This document shows positions 1-11,046 of a stretch of DNA of 64,000 nucleotides, one piece after another. Position 1 is the stretch's first letter. Each line of letters begins with the position of its first letter. Under the pieces are notes generated by a model. That model had not been told where the DNA came from, ran no database searches, and saw nothing but the letters and a program-made list of their open reading frames with translations. The DNA is from Macrostomum lignano (taxonomy: Eukaryota), in assembly GCA_002269645.1 (NCBI GenBank), contig NIVC01000556.1:1-64000 (forward strand), written 5' to 3'. The position numbers and the translations under genes were made by a program.

Positions 1-1124
1 TTGAGTCTTTTTGGTATTCATGCCTCCATTGCTCTCTTCAAAGGAGCGAAAAGTTTGCGACAATGCTGGCAAGGTTCCAACTCTGCAGCAATGAATATAA
101 CAACTGGTCTTGACACTTTGACTGCTCTAGTGCTGCTATGCAAGAATATGAGACCTATCATGCTTCCTAGAATGAATTCCAGCAAGATGCCAAACAAAAA
201 GGAATCACGCCGAGCACTAGTAGGCCCAGAAGTTTGTCCTCTAGGATAGATAGCAATCAAAAAATGCAGTATAACTTTTTGCCAGAGGAGGCACTTTGAG
301 TGGAATTCTTTGCCGCTGTTGACAGGCTATTGCAATGCATCAATGATCGGTGAGTTACAGTAGCTTGAATTAACATGTATAAGTATATTTTGTTGCTTGG
401 CAGTAGTTATATATAGTTGATCTTAGTCAGTTGAAGAGAATTTTTTAATGGATAGACTACGAATCAAATGTATGCCTAAAGATGTACTAGATGTACTTGT
501 AATGCTGCTCAAATTTTGCTATTGCTAATGAGATCTGTAAAATCTGAAATTTACTTTTGTAAAATTGTAACTATTCAACCAAATATTTGGTTTTAGGTTC
601 AAACAGCCTGGAATTAGGATTGCAAGGCAGATGGAAACCCTCCTTCTGTAAGCTGCAAAATGCAATTATTCTGATCCTAATGGGGGAATTCTGGCCAATG
701 CTAACAATTTGCAAGTCTACTTGGAAGACTTTTGTCTCAATGACCTCCATTCTGAGCTTTATTCATTGCTTCCAATCATTGTATGGCAGATAAGACAACA
801 GCAGGTTGAGAGCTTCAGCGATGTTGTTGCTATTTTTTGAACCACCAGCCTGTCAGCTTTGGAATTCATTCCTCAATTGGTGAAGCTTCTCAAGCTAATC
901 TTGTCTCTGCCTTATTCAGTAGCAGCAGTTGAGAGGACATTTAGTGCTCTTCGTAGAGTTACGACTTGGATGCAGTCAACAATGACACAGCAATGACTCT
1001 GATATATCAGTAAGTCACATGCATAGACGTTGTAAAGGGCTTGGATTTTCTGGCTCTTTTCTGGAACTTCACTGATTGTACATCTGAGCGCCGCGCCATC
1101 TTTGGAGTTCAAGCTGAAGCATGA
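1..1124 (+). pseudogene. Decayed hAT-superfamily (ZMYM1-like) transposase, C-terminal part, with one GT-AG intron (350-596)
   Basis: Manual translation gives EEAL*VEFFAAVDRLLQCINDR|FKQPGIRIARQMETLLL*AAK across the splice GATCG|GTGAGT...TTTTAG|GTTC. It continues LKLILSLPYSVAAVERTFSALRRVTTWMQSTMTQQ, the hAT C-terminal dimerisation motif. Multiple stops and frameshifts. Confidence 0.85.
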
Positions 1125-1294
1125 AAGCAATTATAAACACACAAGTTGTCGCTATAGTTATATCTAATTGAATGCACTGTTTGCATCATAAAATTAATCT
1201 TAACTTTTCATTTATACTAATTCTGCTTTTTCTAAATCAGCTAGGGGTTGGTGAACTTATCTTATTAAGGGCCAGTCAGATAATCTAGTGCATG

Positions 1295-1490
1295 ACTGCA
1301 GGCCAGAGGAGGAGAGAGAGGAAAGGGTCAGAGGGAATAGACAAGAGAAATAAGGGAATGAAAGGCAAAAGATCATAAAGGAGAGGAGACAAGAGGAGAG
1401 AAACATGAAATAGGAGAGGAAAGATTAGAGAGAAGAAAGGAGAGGAGATAAGAGGAGAGGACAGGAAAGGAAAAGAGATGAGCAGGCTGG
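1295..1490. repeat. Purine-rich (GA) low-complexity tract
   Basis: Runs of gagga/agagag/gaaag with almost no pyrimidines. Confidence 0.7.
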
Positions 1491-1662
1491 ATTGCTATTG
1501 TGAAGTTTCAAAGGACCCCAAGGCTAGATAGAGAGGCTTTGCGAGTCACATGTGGGCTGGAGTTTGCTAACTTCTATTTTAAATCTAAGTGTATATATAC
1601 AAATGCCTTAAAATATGTCATCCGCGCTATCCTTAATCTACAAGTGGCACTTTACTTTTCAC

Positions 1663-2039
1663 TAGAGGTCGGACGGGATTGAAATCTTTGGGTGGGATCG
1701 GGATTGTGAATAATTTTTTTCTCAGGATCGGGATCGGGATTTGAGAATCGGGATCAGGTCTTTTAGTGTATTGTCCATGTAAAGTTAAAATTGTTAAGAT
1801 CAAGAAGTAAAACACAACGAAATTGATATGAAGTTTTGTAACCAACAAAGTAAATAATATAATAAGTACAATTTAAAGCAAAATACCTTCAAGTAATCAC
1901 TAATTCTATAAATTTTTAATCAAAAGACCTGTTCCCGAATGTCGAGTTTTTAGGGTCGGGATTCTGGTCCCGCGGGAATTAAATTTTCTTCGGGATCCCG
2001 AGATTTCGGGATCGGGATTGGGATCCCGTCTGACCTCTA
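1663..2039. mobile_element. hAT-type MITE (377 bp)
   Basis: 17-bp TIR TAGAGGTCGGACGGGAT / ATCCCGTCTGACCTCTA (1 mismatch). Exact 8-bp TSD CTTTTCAC at 1655-1662 and 2040-2047. Many subterminal CGGGAT motifs. Confidence 0.9.
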
Positions 2040-3886
2040 CTTTTCACTCTACTGAGTACTATTAACTATATACCATTCACTGCACATTAAATTACACTTA
2101 GCTAACTTTATTTTTCATTCTAGGCTAGGCCTATTGTTCATTCTATTGTTAATTTGTTAACAAATATCTTAAACCCCAAGGAAGACAACCTTTTATACAT
2201 TATACGAGTAAGTCAATGACAATGAGCAATTTTAAAATATAAAAAAAGATGCAAAATTTATAGGCCTACTCAAGTAGAATTTGCTATGCCTGTGCCTATA
2301 TCTAAAAGGCGGAACCCCTTTTTCTCTAAGCAGAAAACATTAAATTTAGGTCTTGCTCAAATTTTTGGTCACTGTCCAAGACAGGGTCTGGTCTGGGCTT
2401 GAGTTTTGGGAACTTGATCCTGCTCCTTGGCAAAAACTTGTTCCGCGGCACCTAAGCCTATATATCCTATTTCTATAATCTTTATTTAATTACCAATTGG
2501 TTTAGACATTGCATCTTAGGCCTAGGCCCTACCCTATTATCTAGAGGCTAAAGCTAAGATTCCATCCCCAAACTAGTAATGTAGGCCTACGTAAAAATTT
2601 AGTATATATATTATATATATAAGTTATGTTGATTTTCTAGAACTAGAATCCATATGACTTTTAAAGTTTAAACTTGTTCTTTATACCTAATTTTTTCAAT
2701 TCATCTTTTTTTGTTTTGACTTACTTAGGCCTAGGCCTACTGCATTAGCTATTTACTATTTATTAATTAGATCTTTAAAATTGATTACAATTTCAAAAAA
2801 TTGTCTTGATTTCTTACTTTTGTTTAAGGCCCTAATTAAAACTGCTTTAGGCCTACCAATCTTAAACAAAAATAGATAGGCCTAATAAATTTATTAAATT
2901 AGTGACCTTTGGCTTTTAGGAGTTTTTTTCAATTATTAATATTAATAGAAATTATTGATAGATTCAATATTTGTGACAAGTTTACAAATGCTATAGTAAT
3001 TATATAGGGATAGGCCTAATTAATATTTAATACTACCCAATACAAGATAATTTAAATATGGATAAGACAGTTTTGATTTTTATATGTAGAGATATCATAA
3101 ATACATATTAGGCCTATGTATATTGTTAGTACAGATTGTTATTATTATACATATTATTATGTAGATATAGCAGATAGGTATATATAGCAGATATAGCAGA
3201 TAGGTATAACGCGGATATGAATTTATGAATTGCTGTTTAAGCGTCACCTTAGCCGGTATCCACCACGTGACATGTCGCATCAGTCGTGCATGGTGTGCGC
3301 GCGCGAGCATGATGTGAAATAATACAAAAATATTCAATTTAAATAATTTACCGAAGCTTAATAGTTAAAAAAGTGCAAAAAATATTATTGCTGCGTAAAA
3401 AAACGAAATCTAACGTTTTTCGTTACAAATTTTATTATAATTAAAAATACTTTCTTATTTTTTAAAGATCATAGTGATATAAACGCTAAAATATTGCCTT
3501 TAATTGTTATAAAAACCGCAAGTAAGGAAAATTTCTGAAAGAAACATGAACTATAAATCTCAAACTTAAAAAGTAAAATGTACAGCGTAAGGCAATTGAA
3601 CATAAGTGCTGATAAGTATAAGGGTATAAAATGCAAGTACTAAAAAAGGAAAATAAAGTTGAAACTGTTTCTACTTAACAGGTATTATACCCATAAAATT
3701 ATTCTAATAGTATCAAAGGGACGAAGCTAGTTTAACACTCAACGTCAACGATTTTGATATTTGAAGGCCTGCTCTTTTTAATTCTACCATCTATACATGT
3801 GCATGTTGTGAGTCGTGACGAATATTTGATCTGACATAAGATTTCACGTGCTGACGGGCTGCTACATGTATGCAAATTAGTGAGCT

Positions 3887-4484
3887 GGTGACCGGACATT
3901 TTCGTCATCAGGCATTTCATCAACTGCATGCATGGCATTTCGTCAACCGGCAAATTTCGTCAACGCGGCATTAATTTGGTCAACTCAGCAAATTTTAAAT
4001 TTTAGCTGATTATTATAGCTGCACCAGCCGGAGAATGTGAGAAGTGGTACGGCAGCGATGTCTTAAAACGTGTAAACTTCTTGGAAGTAAATTTTTTGTA
4101 GAAACGTTTGTGGTCCTCAATTATTGTGTCGCGCGCCTTGGGGTTGCATCGTGCAGCTGAACAATGCCTCGCAGGCTTTGGCGAGCTCCAAAATTCCCCT
4201 GTTTGCTGAAAGAGTGTCAATGACAGACATTTCCCTTTAAATATTAAATAAGTGATGTGCAGCTAGGAGGGTGCACTACTAAGTTGAGCGAGAGATAACT
4301 AATTAAAATTTAACATGTATAGGTTTATTTTAGTCATTCATGAGTGCAGATGAACGGCTAACAGTTAGGCTAGCATGACGGACGAATAATTTTGGCTTTG
4401 TCCAAACCAATGTCTGGTTGACGAATGTCCTGTTGACGAAATGCCATGTGACGAATGCCCGGTTAGACGAAATGTCCTTGAACC
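3887..4484. mobile_element. Probable non-autonomous DNA transposon with inverted subterminal repeats
   Basis: Left end has GGACATTTTCGTC plus several TTTCGTCAAC repeats. Right end has several GACGAA(A)TG repeats ending GACGAAATGTCCTTGAACC, i.e. the inverted orientation. No clear TSD. Confidence 0.5.
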
Positions 4485-4856
4485 AAAGAGCGCGAACACG
4501 TTCGTAGAACCAATTGATTGTGATCGATGACGAACTGGCCGATTATTCGATTACATGTATTTGTACCTTTTCTCAAACATGGAGGTACTAGTATAATAAT
4601 CACATGCCCGTACAACAATCCGACGACGTCGGCCGACGTCGCAGCACCGACCTCTGTCTGACGTCGTACGATGTCTATGTAGCATTACGTGTTTCCTATT
4701 GATCGGACGTCGGACCGACGTTGAAGTCGTAGTCGTTCATCAGCACGTCAGTCACATGTGTGTCTTCATCAACTCTGACTTTGTTGGCTAGGTTGGTCAC
4801 TGGCCTTCACCCCAGACGAGCTTCTCTGGATCTTCAACGGGGCATCGCCAGGATTT

Positions 4857-5235
4857 TTAAACTTGGAGAGCGAGTGTTACCTTCGTTTTTCTGTATGCTT
4901 GAACTGAAGGATAGCAAGCTTCGTGGGTTAATTCGGTTCGTTTGACAACGTGATATTCTTCTGATTTGTACAGTCGGATCGCGTCCATCCATTTGGCCGA
5001 TATAACTGTCTCCACCTGGCGGTAGAATAGTTAAAGTTCCATTGGATTCAGTTTGCCAATTGTTGCAAGTCTCGAATCAAATCAAATCAAATCCTTCTTA
5101 CCTCAAAAATATTTGGTAGGGTTTGTCTCCAACGCTCCCGTTCTCGTGCATCTTAAGGAAGAGCAATTATCGTTGTTCGGCTTCTTCTGAGTTATAGTTT
5201 GATCTGCAGTTGAAGACGCTGCACTTTCTCGACAT
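4857..5235 (-). pseudogene. Internally deleted P-element/THAP9-like transposase remnant
   Basis: From the ATG at 5235: MSRKCSVFNCRSNYNSEE..(fs)..IALP*DARERERWRQTLPNIFE|GTAAGA, a THAP zinc-finger start plus a donor site. This abuts NNWQTESNGTLTILPPGG..(fs)..AKWMDAIRLYKSEEYHVVKRTELTHEACYP...KVTLALQV, the P-transposase core. Confidence 0.75.
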
Positions 5236-5873
5236 TTTTCACAGTCGCACAAGAGTTGAGAGCTTTTTATTTGCCCTCACACCTCTTTAGACTGAAGAGT
5301 TGCAGTTGGAACAGCCATAGAACACTGCTTTTAAACGAGCCCCCAACTTTTTACACCATGCATGATTTAGCTTGTTTCGCGTCCCGGTAGTTTAAGTTGT
5401 CCCTGACGCAGGCACTCATTTTAGCGCCGAAGTCGCTATATTTTGGCGTCCTAAAGAAAAATCATGGATTACCACAACGACTCACAAGGTGGGGTGGGGA
5501 AAAACTCTTTTCAATATAATGTTACTTCTCGATTACTTAATCTGTACTCTAAAACTCGTTAATATATATTTTTTTCTAGCCATTTTTTTAATTTGAAACT
5601 TAATTATTGGAAATAGATAACAAACAAGGTATTTAATACAACATTTTTTAATTGAATTAATTCTCAAATAAACAATTTAATGATGAACAAATTTTAAACG
5701 TAAATTTATTGTTATTATTAGTATTGATTAGGAATCAAACAACTTGTTAACATCGGTTAGTTAGGAAATTTTAAAACTATAGAACAATCGACGAATTTAG
5801 AAAGGTTTAAATTACTGGCCGCGCTTAAAACAACGGTTATTTGAATAGCTCTGAATCTATATTAGAGATCAAA

Positions 5874-7583
5874 TCACTTATAGTAGACAATGTCCCAGTG
5901 GTTGCTCTCCAGAGCGTAAACATTTCCTCGGCCATCTGTGTACAGCTCTGCTCCGCCTGGGCGTTTACCACTATACCGGAAGTTGGCCTGGATGTAGCTG
6001 CTTATGCACGAATTTAGAGCGATGTCCAGCTTGTACCCGTTGTAGTGACTGTACTTGCCGCTTGCGTGCCCCTGCTCAGCGGGTTTGGGATATGCTGGAC
6101 TTACATGTACAAGTAGAGTCCGTTCGTAACAGGTAGCATCCCTTCTAACAGTTATCATACCTATCTAACAGTTATCATACCTATCTAACAGGTAGCAACA
6201 CCATCTAACAGGTAGCATCTCTATCTAGCAGGTAGCATCCCTATCTAACAGTTAGCATCCCTATCTAACAGGTAGCAACACTAACAGGTAGCAACACTAT
6301 CTAACAGGTAGCAACACTATCTAACAGGTAGCAACACTATCTAACAGGTAGCAACACTATCTAACAGGTAGTATCCCTATCTAACAGGTAGCAACCCTAT
6401 CTAACAGGTAGCAACCGTGTCTAACAGGCAGCAACCCAATGTAACAGGTAGCATCCCTATCTAACAAGTAGAATCCCTATCTAACAGATAGTATCCCTAT
6501 CTAACAGGTAGCAACACTATCTAACAGGTATCATCAGTTGTCACAGCCTGACCTTTTCTGTACCTCCCGTGATAACAACGCTCTGACAGCCGCACGCCTT
6601 CTTGAAAGCGACAATATCGATCACAGTGTTGCAGCGCACCTGCTCCAGCGAGGTGCAGCCAACGTCACGACAGCCGATGCGACCAGTGCTGGACCTGATC
6701 CCGATCCCGGACACTGAGCACATTGCCCAGGCCGCTTTGTGGCTCAGTTTAGTTCCAGGTGTGCAGTCCGGTGCGGTGTGAAGTGCGGTGCCGATCAGCG
6801 ACGATTTCATAGTGCGCGGTTGCACCAGGTTGATCAGGGCGAGGCTGGTTCGATCTCCTCTGAAGACGTCGAAGCTTTTACCTGCGAATTGGGAAAATAG
6901 CACTCAAATTAATTTTCCTCGTTCCTAAGCGTTTTTAAAATTCTAATTGTACGTTACTGTTAAATGTTCCGAAGGGATACGCTACCTGCTAGATAGGTTT
7001 GCTACCTGTTAGATAAAGATGCTACCTGTTAGATAGGGATGCTACATGTTAGATAGAGATGCTGCCTGTTAGATAGAGATGCTACCTGTTAGATAGGGAT
7101 GCTGCTGCAGTTAGATAGTGTTGCTACATGTTAGATAGGGATGCTGCCTCTTAGAAAGGGATGCTGCCTGTTAGATAGGGTGGCTACCTGTTAGATAGGG
7201 TTGCTAGCTGTTGGATAAGGTTGCTACCTATTAGATAGGGTTGCTACGTGTTAGATAGGGTTTCTACCTGTTGGATTGTGTTGCTAACTGTTAGATAGGG
7301 GTGCTACCTGTTAGATAGGGTTGCTACCTGTTAGATAGGGATGCTACCTGTTAGATAGGGATGCTGCCTGTTAGATAGGGATGCTGCCTCTTAGATAGGG
7401 ATGCTGCCTGTTAGATAGGGTTGCTACCTGTTAGATAGGGATGCTACCTGTTAGATAGGGATTCAGTCTGTTAAATAAACACTTACCAATAAAAGTGGAG
7501 TGTACAACAGCCTTGGAGTCTGCAGCGGCAGTGAAACACAGCACTCCCAAAAGCAGACCGAAGGCTGAATTAGCAACAATCAT
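5874..7583 (-). CDS. Secreted 207-aa Hedgehog/DD-peptidase (M15/LAS)-like putative zinc hydrolase; exons 7583-7487, 6881-6553, 6071-5874
   Basis: Exon 1 is a signal peptide, MIVANSAFGLLLGVLCFTAAADSK..., ending ATTG|GTAAGT (phase 1). Exon 2 runs from TTTTCCCAATTCGCAG|GT to GAAAAG|GTCAGG (phase 0). Exon 3 runs GAGCAG|GGGCAC...YYK*. The 624 nt splice in frame with no stops. Motifs: CTSLEQ, ITGGTEKGHASGKYSHYNGYKLDI, YALESNHWDIVY. Confidence 0.85.
6126..6535 (+). repeat. 20-bp minisatellite (CTATCTAACAGGTAGCAAC/ATCC) in intron 2 of the secreted peptidase-like gene
   Basis: About 20 tandem degenerate units are visible. Confidence 0.95.
6973..7461 (-). repeat. Same 20-bp minisatellite in inverted orientation (TAGATAGGGATGCTACCTGT) in intron 1
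   Basis: The unit is the reverse complement of the 6126-6535 unit. Confidence 0.95.
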
Positions 7584-7863
7584 AATGTCGAATGCAAGCA
7601 GTCGCAGGTACCCAGTGCAGATTGCTCACTAAGCAATTGCAGTTTTCAGCAATTTTCAGTGTCTACGAGTATATAAACAGTTGATATGCAGCAACATCAC
7701 GAGGTTTTAATAATTTGTCTAATCTGCTGTTGCAGATCTCTTTAATTTATTTAGCATTACCCCTACTAGTACACTGCAGCTTCGGAAATTGATAAGCTTA
7801 AATGAGGTGCTATTTTTAAATTCACGTCCTTATAAATGCTAAGATTAAATATTGTACAGATCA

Positions 7864-8098
7864 GTGGTTGTATCCTAGTGGCTAAGAGCGTCGGACTCAC
7901 GACTTGAAGGTCGGTAATTCGATTCTTGACCCACTCGAAACAACTTGTGTCCTTGAGCAATACACTTAACTCTGCATTGCTTCAGTTCACCCAGCTGTAA
8001 AATGGGTGCCAGCATTAGCTGGGGTAATTGAGGGTGTGTAGCGACGCCCCAGTCCTTGGACTGAACAGCCGTACGCAGCCTTCAGATGCGCCGCGCAA
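7864..8098 (+). mobile_element. tRNA-derived SINE, copy 1
   Basis: tRNA-like head with an A box (TAGTGGCTAAGAGCG) and a decayed B box (GGTAATTCGATTC). Body GTGTCCTTGAGCAATACACTTAACTCTGCATTGCTTCAGTTCACCCAGCTGTAAAATGGGTGCCAGC. A near-identical inverted copy lies at 60336-60566. Confidence 0.8.
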
Positions 8099-8542
8099 TA
8101 GCTGCGGCTGAGCTGTCGGTTGCACATCTGGCCCAATTCAGGAAGGTCTAAACAATTATTTTTATTTATTAAATTAGATAAAATATTATAAAATGTTTTG
8201 ACAATGTTTTTATTCCTACTCGTAAGTAGCAAACCATGAATAGAAAGCACATGCATCAAACACGGCATTTCCAAATAGCCCAAACAAGTTTTACGCCTTT
8301 TTCAATAGATCAGAATGTGACAGCTGAGGATTGTCTTAACTACTAAGATGATGTAAAATCCAAGTTTCACAGCGTTTAATGAATCGATTAAATGATGGGC
8401 ACCTGAGAATCCATTGTGTAAGCTTCTTGTTCAGGTTATATATCAAGCATGCAAAACAACAAGACGAACGTTTTTGATAGCTGTAAGCTGAGTGATAGCT
8501 CGTCAAAAAGAACTGATTTTAAATCCTGTTATTAACTAATTC

Positions 8543-8731
<189 letters not shown>

Positions 8732-9128
8732 GCTCGGTGACTCACACGACAGCGGACAGACACGACAACACAAGGAGGGCAGGCAGCCTGAGTGACTGTG
8801 GCTGCGTGGGCAGTGCAGATATTGTATTTATCAGTGTAGTAACCCCGGTTCCCATGCGGCCAGCCAAAGGAATGAACGAAGCCGCAGCCCATGCAGTTAT
8901 CGCGGCTCCGTTCATGGTTTTGTAAGTCGGAATCGGCCGTCGCTTATCAATTCACTTTGACAGAAAGGAATAAATCGCTGCAAGATAAAACCAGTCCACG
9001 CGCTATATTGTATGAAGCCTTTGCTCTTCTAGTCGGTTAGAAATTTTACAGCTAGCTATCCAGTAGGTTTGGTCAGGTATAGTGCGTATAGTTCTATTGA
9101 AACAACAGTAGATCCTTATTGACTATAG

Positions 9129-9518
9129 ATGGCTTTGAATATTGAACTATTGCTAGCTCTGCTTCTAGTAGCGAGCGGCTGCAACCGCTTAGCCAGCAGT
9201 TCGCCTGTTGCCGGGACGACCAACGGAGACGAAGACTACCTGGAGGAGTTGGTCCGACGCCAGTTCTCGCTTAGTCCGGGTTTCCCAGCCATCGGCAAGC
9301 GGTCAGACTCGGCCGCTGATTCGGCCAAGCCGGCAGAGCCACCGCATAGCGCATCGTCAGCTCCAGCCGACTGCGCCAGCAAGCAGGAGTTCCAGCAGCT
9401 CAGGCGCACCGTGGCGGCCATCTATTTGAAGATGCTGGAGGCCAATCTTGTTGATAGTCGACGAACTCGTCTGCAACGCCAGCTGATGATGCTACTCCAG
9501 CAGAAGCAAAAGCGTTGA
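9129..9518 (+). CDS. Neuropeptide precursor (129 aa); predicted pQFSLSPGFPAI-amide, GnRH/AKH-superfamily-like
   Basis: Hydrophobic signal peptide (MALNIELLLALLLVASGC), acidic spacer, then RR|QFSLSPGFPAI|G-KR (peptide at 9261-9293). N-terminal Q implies pyroGlu and the Gly is an amide donor. GC-rich coding island in AT-rich flanks. Confidence 0.85.
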   Translation: MALNIELLLALLLVASGCNRLASSSPVAGTTNGDEDYLEELVRRQFSLSPGFPAIGKRSDSAADSAKPAEPPHSASSAPADCASKQEFQQLRRTVAAIYLKMLEANLVDSRRTRLQRQLMMLLQQKQKR

Positions 9519-11046
9519 TTTGAAAACCGTTTCTTAAAGTTGCGTAATAATTTAAACTATTTAAACTACCATTTTTAACAAACTGTCAATTCACTGTTTG
9601 TTCTTTTTTGCTTGAATTGACAGTCAGTTTGATAAAATCATCAATAAGCTATAAACTGTTTTTGTTATACTAATGAAAAATGACTATCTATTTAAAATAC
9701 CATTTTTAACAAACTGTCAATTATCTGGTTGTTATTTTTTGTTCAAATGAACAGTTAGTTTTAAAAAATGATCAATAAGCTATAAACTGTTTTTGTACTA
9801 CTAATCGAAAATGACTAACGCAATCAATATGTTATAGATAAAGTTAATTTTTATTTAAATTAGTTATGCAATAAAAATATTTTGTTGCTTGAATATTTCT
9901 TGCTTGATTTGCCAATTTAAAAAAACCTACTTTGCTTTGTTTCTGTGGGTTTTCAAATAAGTGTGAATTTGTTTGTTATAATCTGTCTGCTCGTGTTTTT
10001 AAACAGCTTGCTTATCGTCGTGTGTTACATAAAAGCAGCTGTTAATGAAACACAAATATAGCACACGAAGTTCTGTTGTCATTAATTTTAATAATAAAAA
10101 AATTTAATATGAATTCCATAAATTTTACCTTATTGTAATAGTTTTTAATTTAATATTTAACTATTTAAAATGAAGTAGATTTACGCCGCGTCACTATACC
10201 GGTAAAGCCGTTTTTTCGTTAAAATCATCTTTTCCATTTCAAAGAACTGAAAAGAGTTTCTGGAAATAATTTTAATTAAACGTTCTGATAAAATACTGAA
10301 TACCATTTTCATAATTTTTATGGGCTTCGGAGTTCTCTGTTTATTCTGAAGTAACTTGGAGTTCACATCGGGAATTATGTGAAAACTATGTGAATGAAAA
10401 GATCTCACAGAATGGAAGTCAGCGCGTGATTAAAAACCGATCTTTTTCTGGCTCTCTGCAGTCTCGTGAGCTGCTGATGAAGCAGAATAAATCGTGATTT
10501 CGGGGCCTACACCTGGCAAGGAATTTAATCCACATATATGTATAAGAATTTGAATAAGAACTGGATCTTTACTACGATTGCAATTAGTGAGTGGGGAAGA
10601 AGCTGGCTGAGAGGATCAGTTGATGAGGCGCAGCACGAATCGCTCAAGATTTCCTGCTGGGAACATTAGAATTTCCTGCAATTTCGCACTCTTGGTGCGT
10701 AGCGTACGTGTAGAAGCAGAAAAAATGGAAAAAAGAATCTGAGGGCGATCGGCTGTTTTATTCGTCCTTCTGCTATACTCGCTGGATAATGTTGCTAGGA
10801 TAGATTTTCATGGGTCCGTGCTTGAAACCAAACTTAAGATAGCGTCAGCTATTCGATCGCTAAGGTCAAGGAGGCCTCCCTTAATTAGTAAAACCCGGTA
10901 CCCCGGCTCATTAATTGCTGTTCTGTGCCGTTCATCTTTATAGCTATCAGTTACAAACGCTTAAATTTCATCAGCGTCACTCTTTGACAGCAATTGTCAA
11001 GCATACACACGAACACACGAAACATTAAGGAGGCTTTTGCTGAAGT

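Noticed and set aside
4002-4220. 72-aa minus-strand ORF inside the putative DNA element
   Set aside because: Short, with no recognisable motif; it cannot be supported as coding.
7864-7935. tRNA gene
   Set aside because: The cloverleaf is degenerate and continues into a body shared with the copy at 60336-60566, so it is a SINE head.
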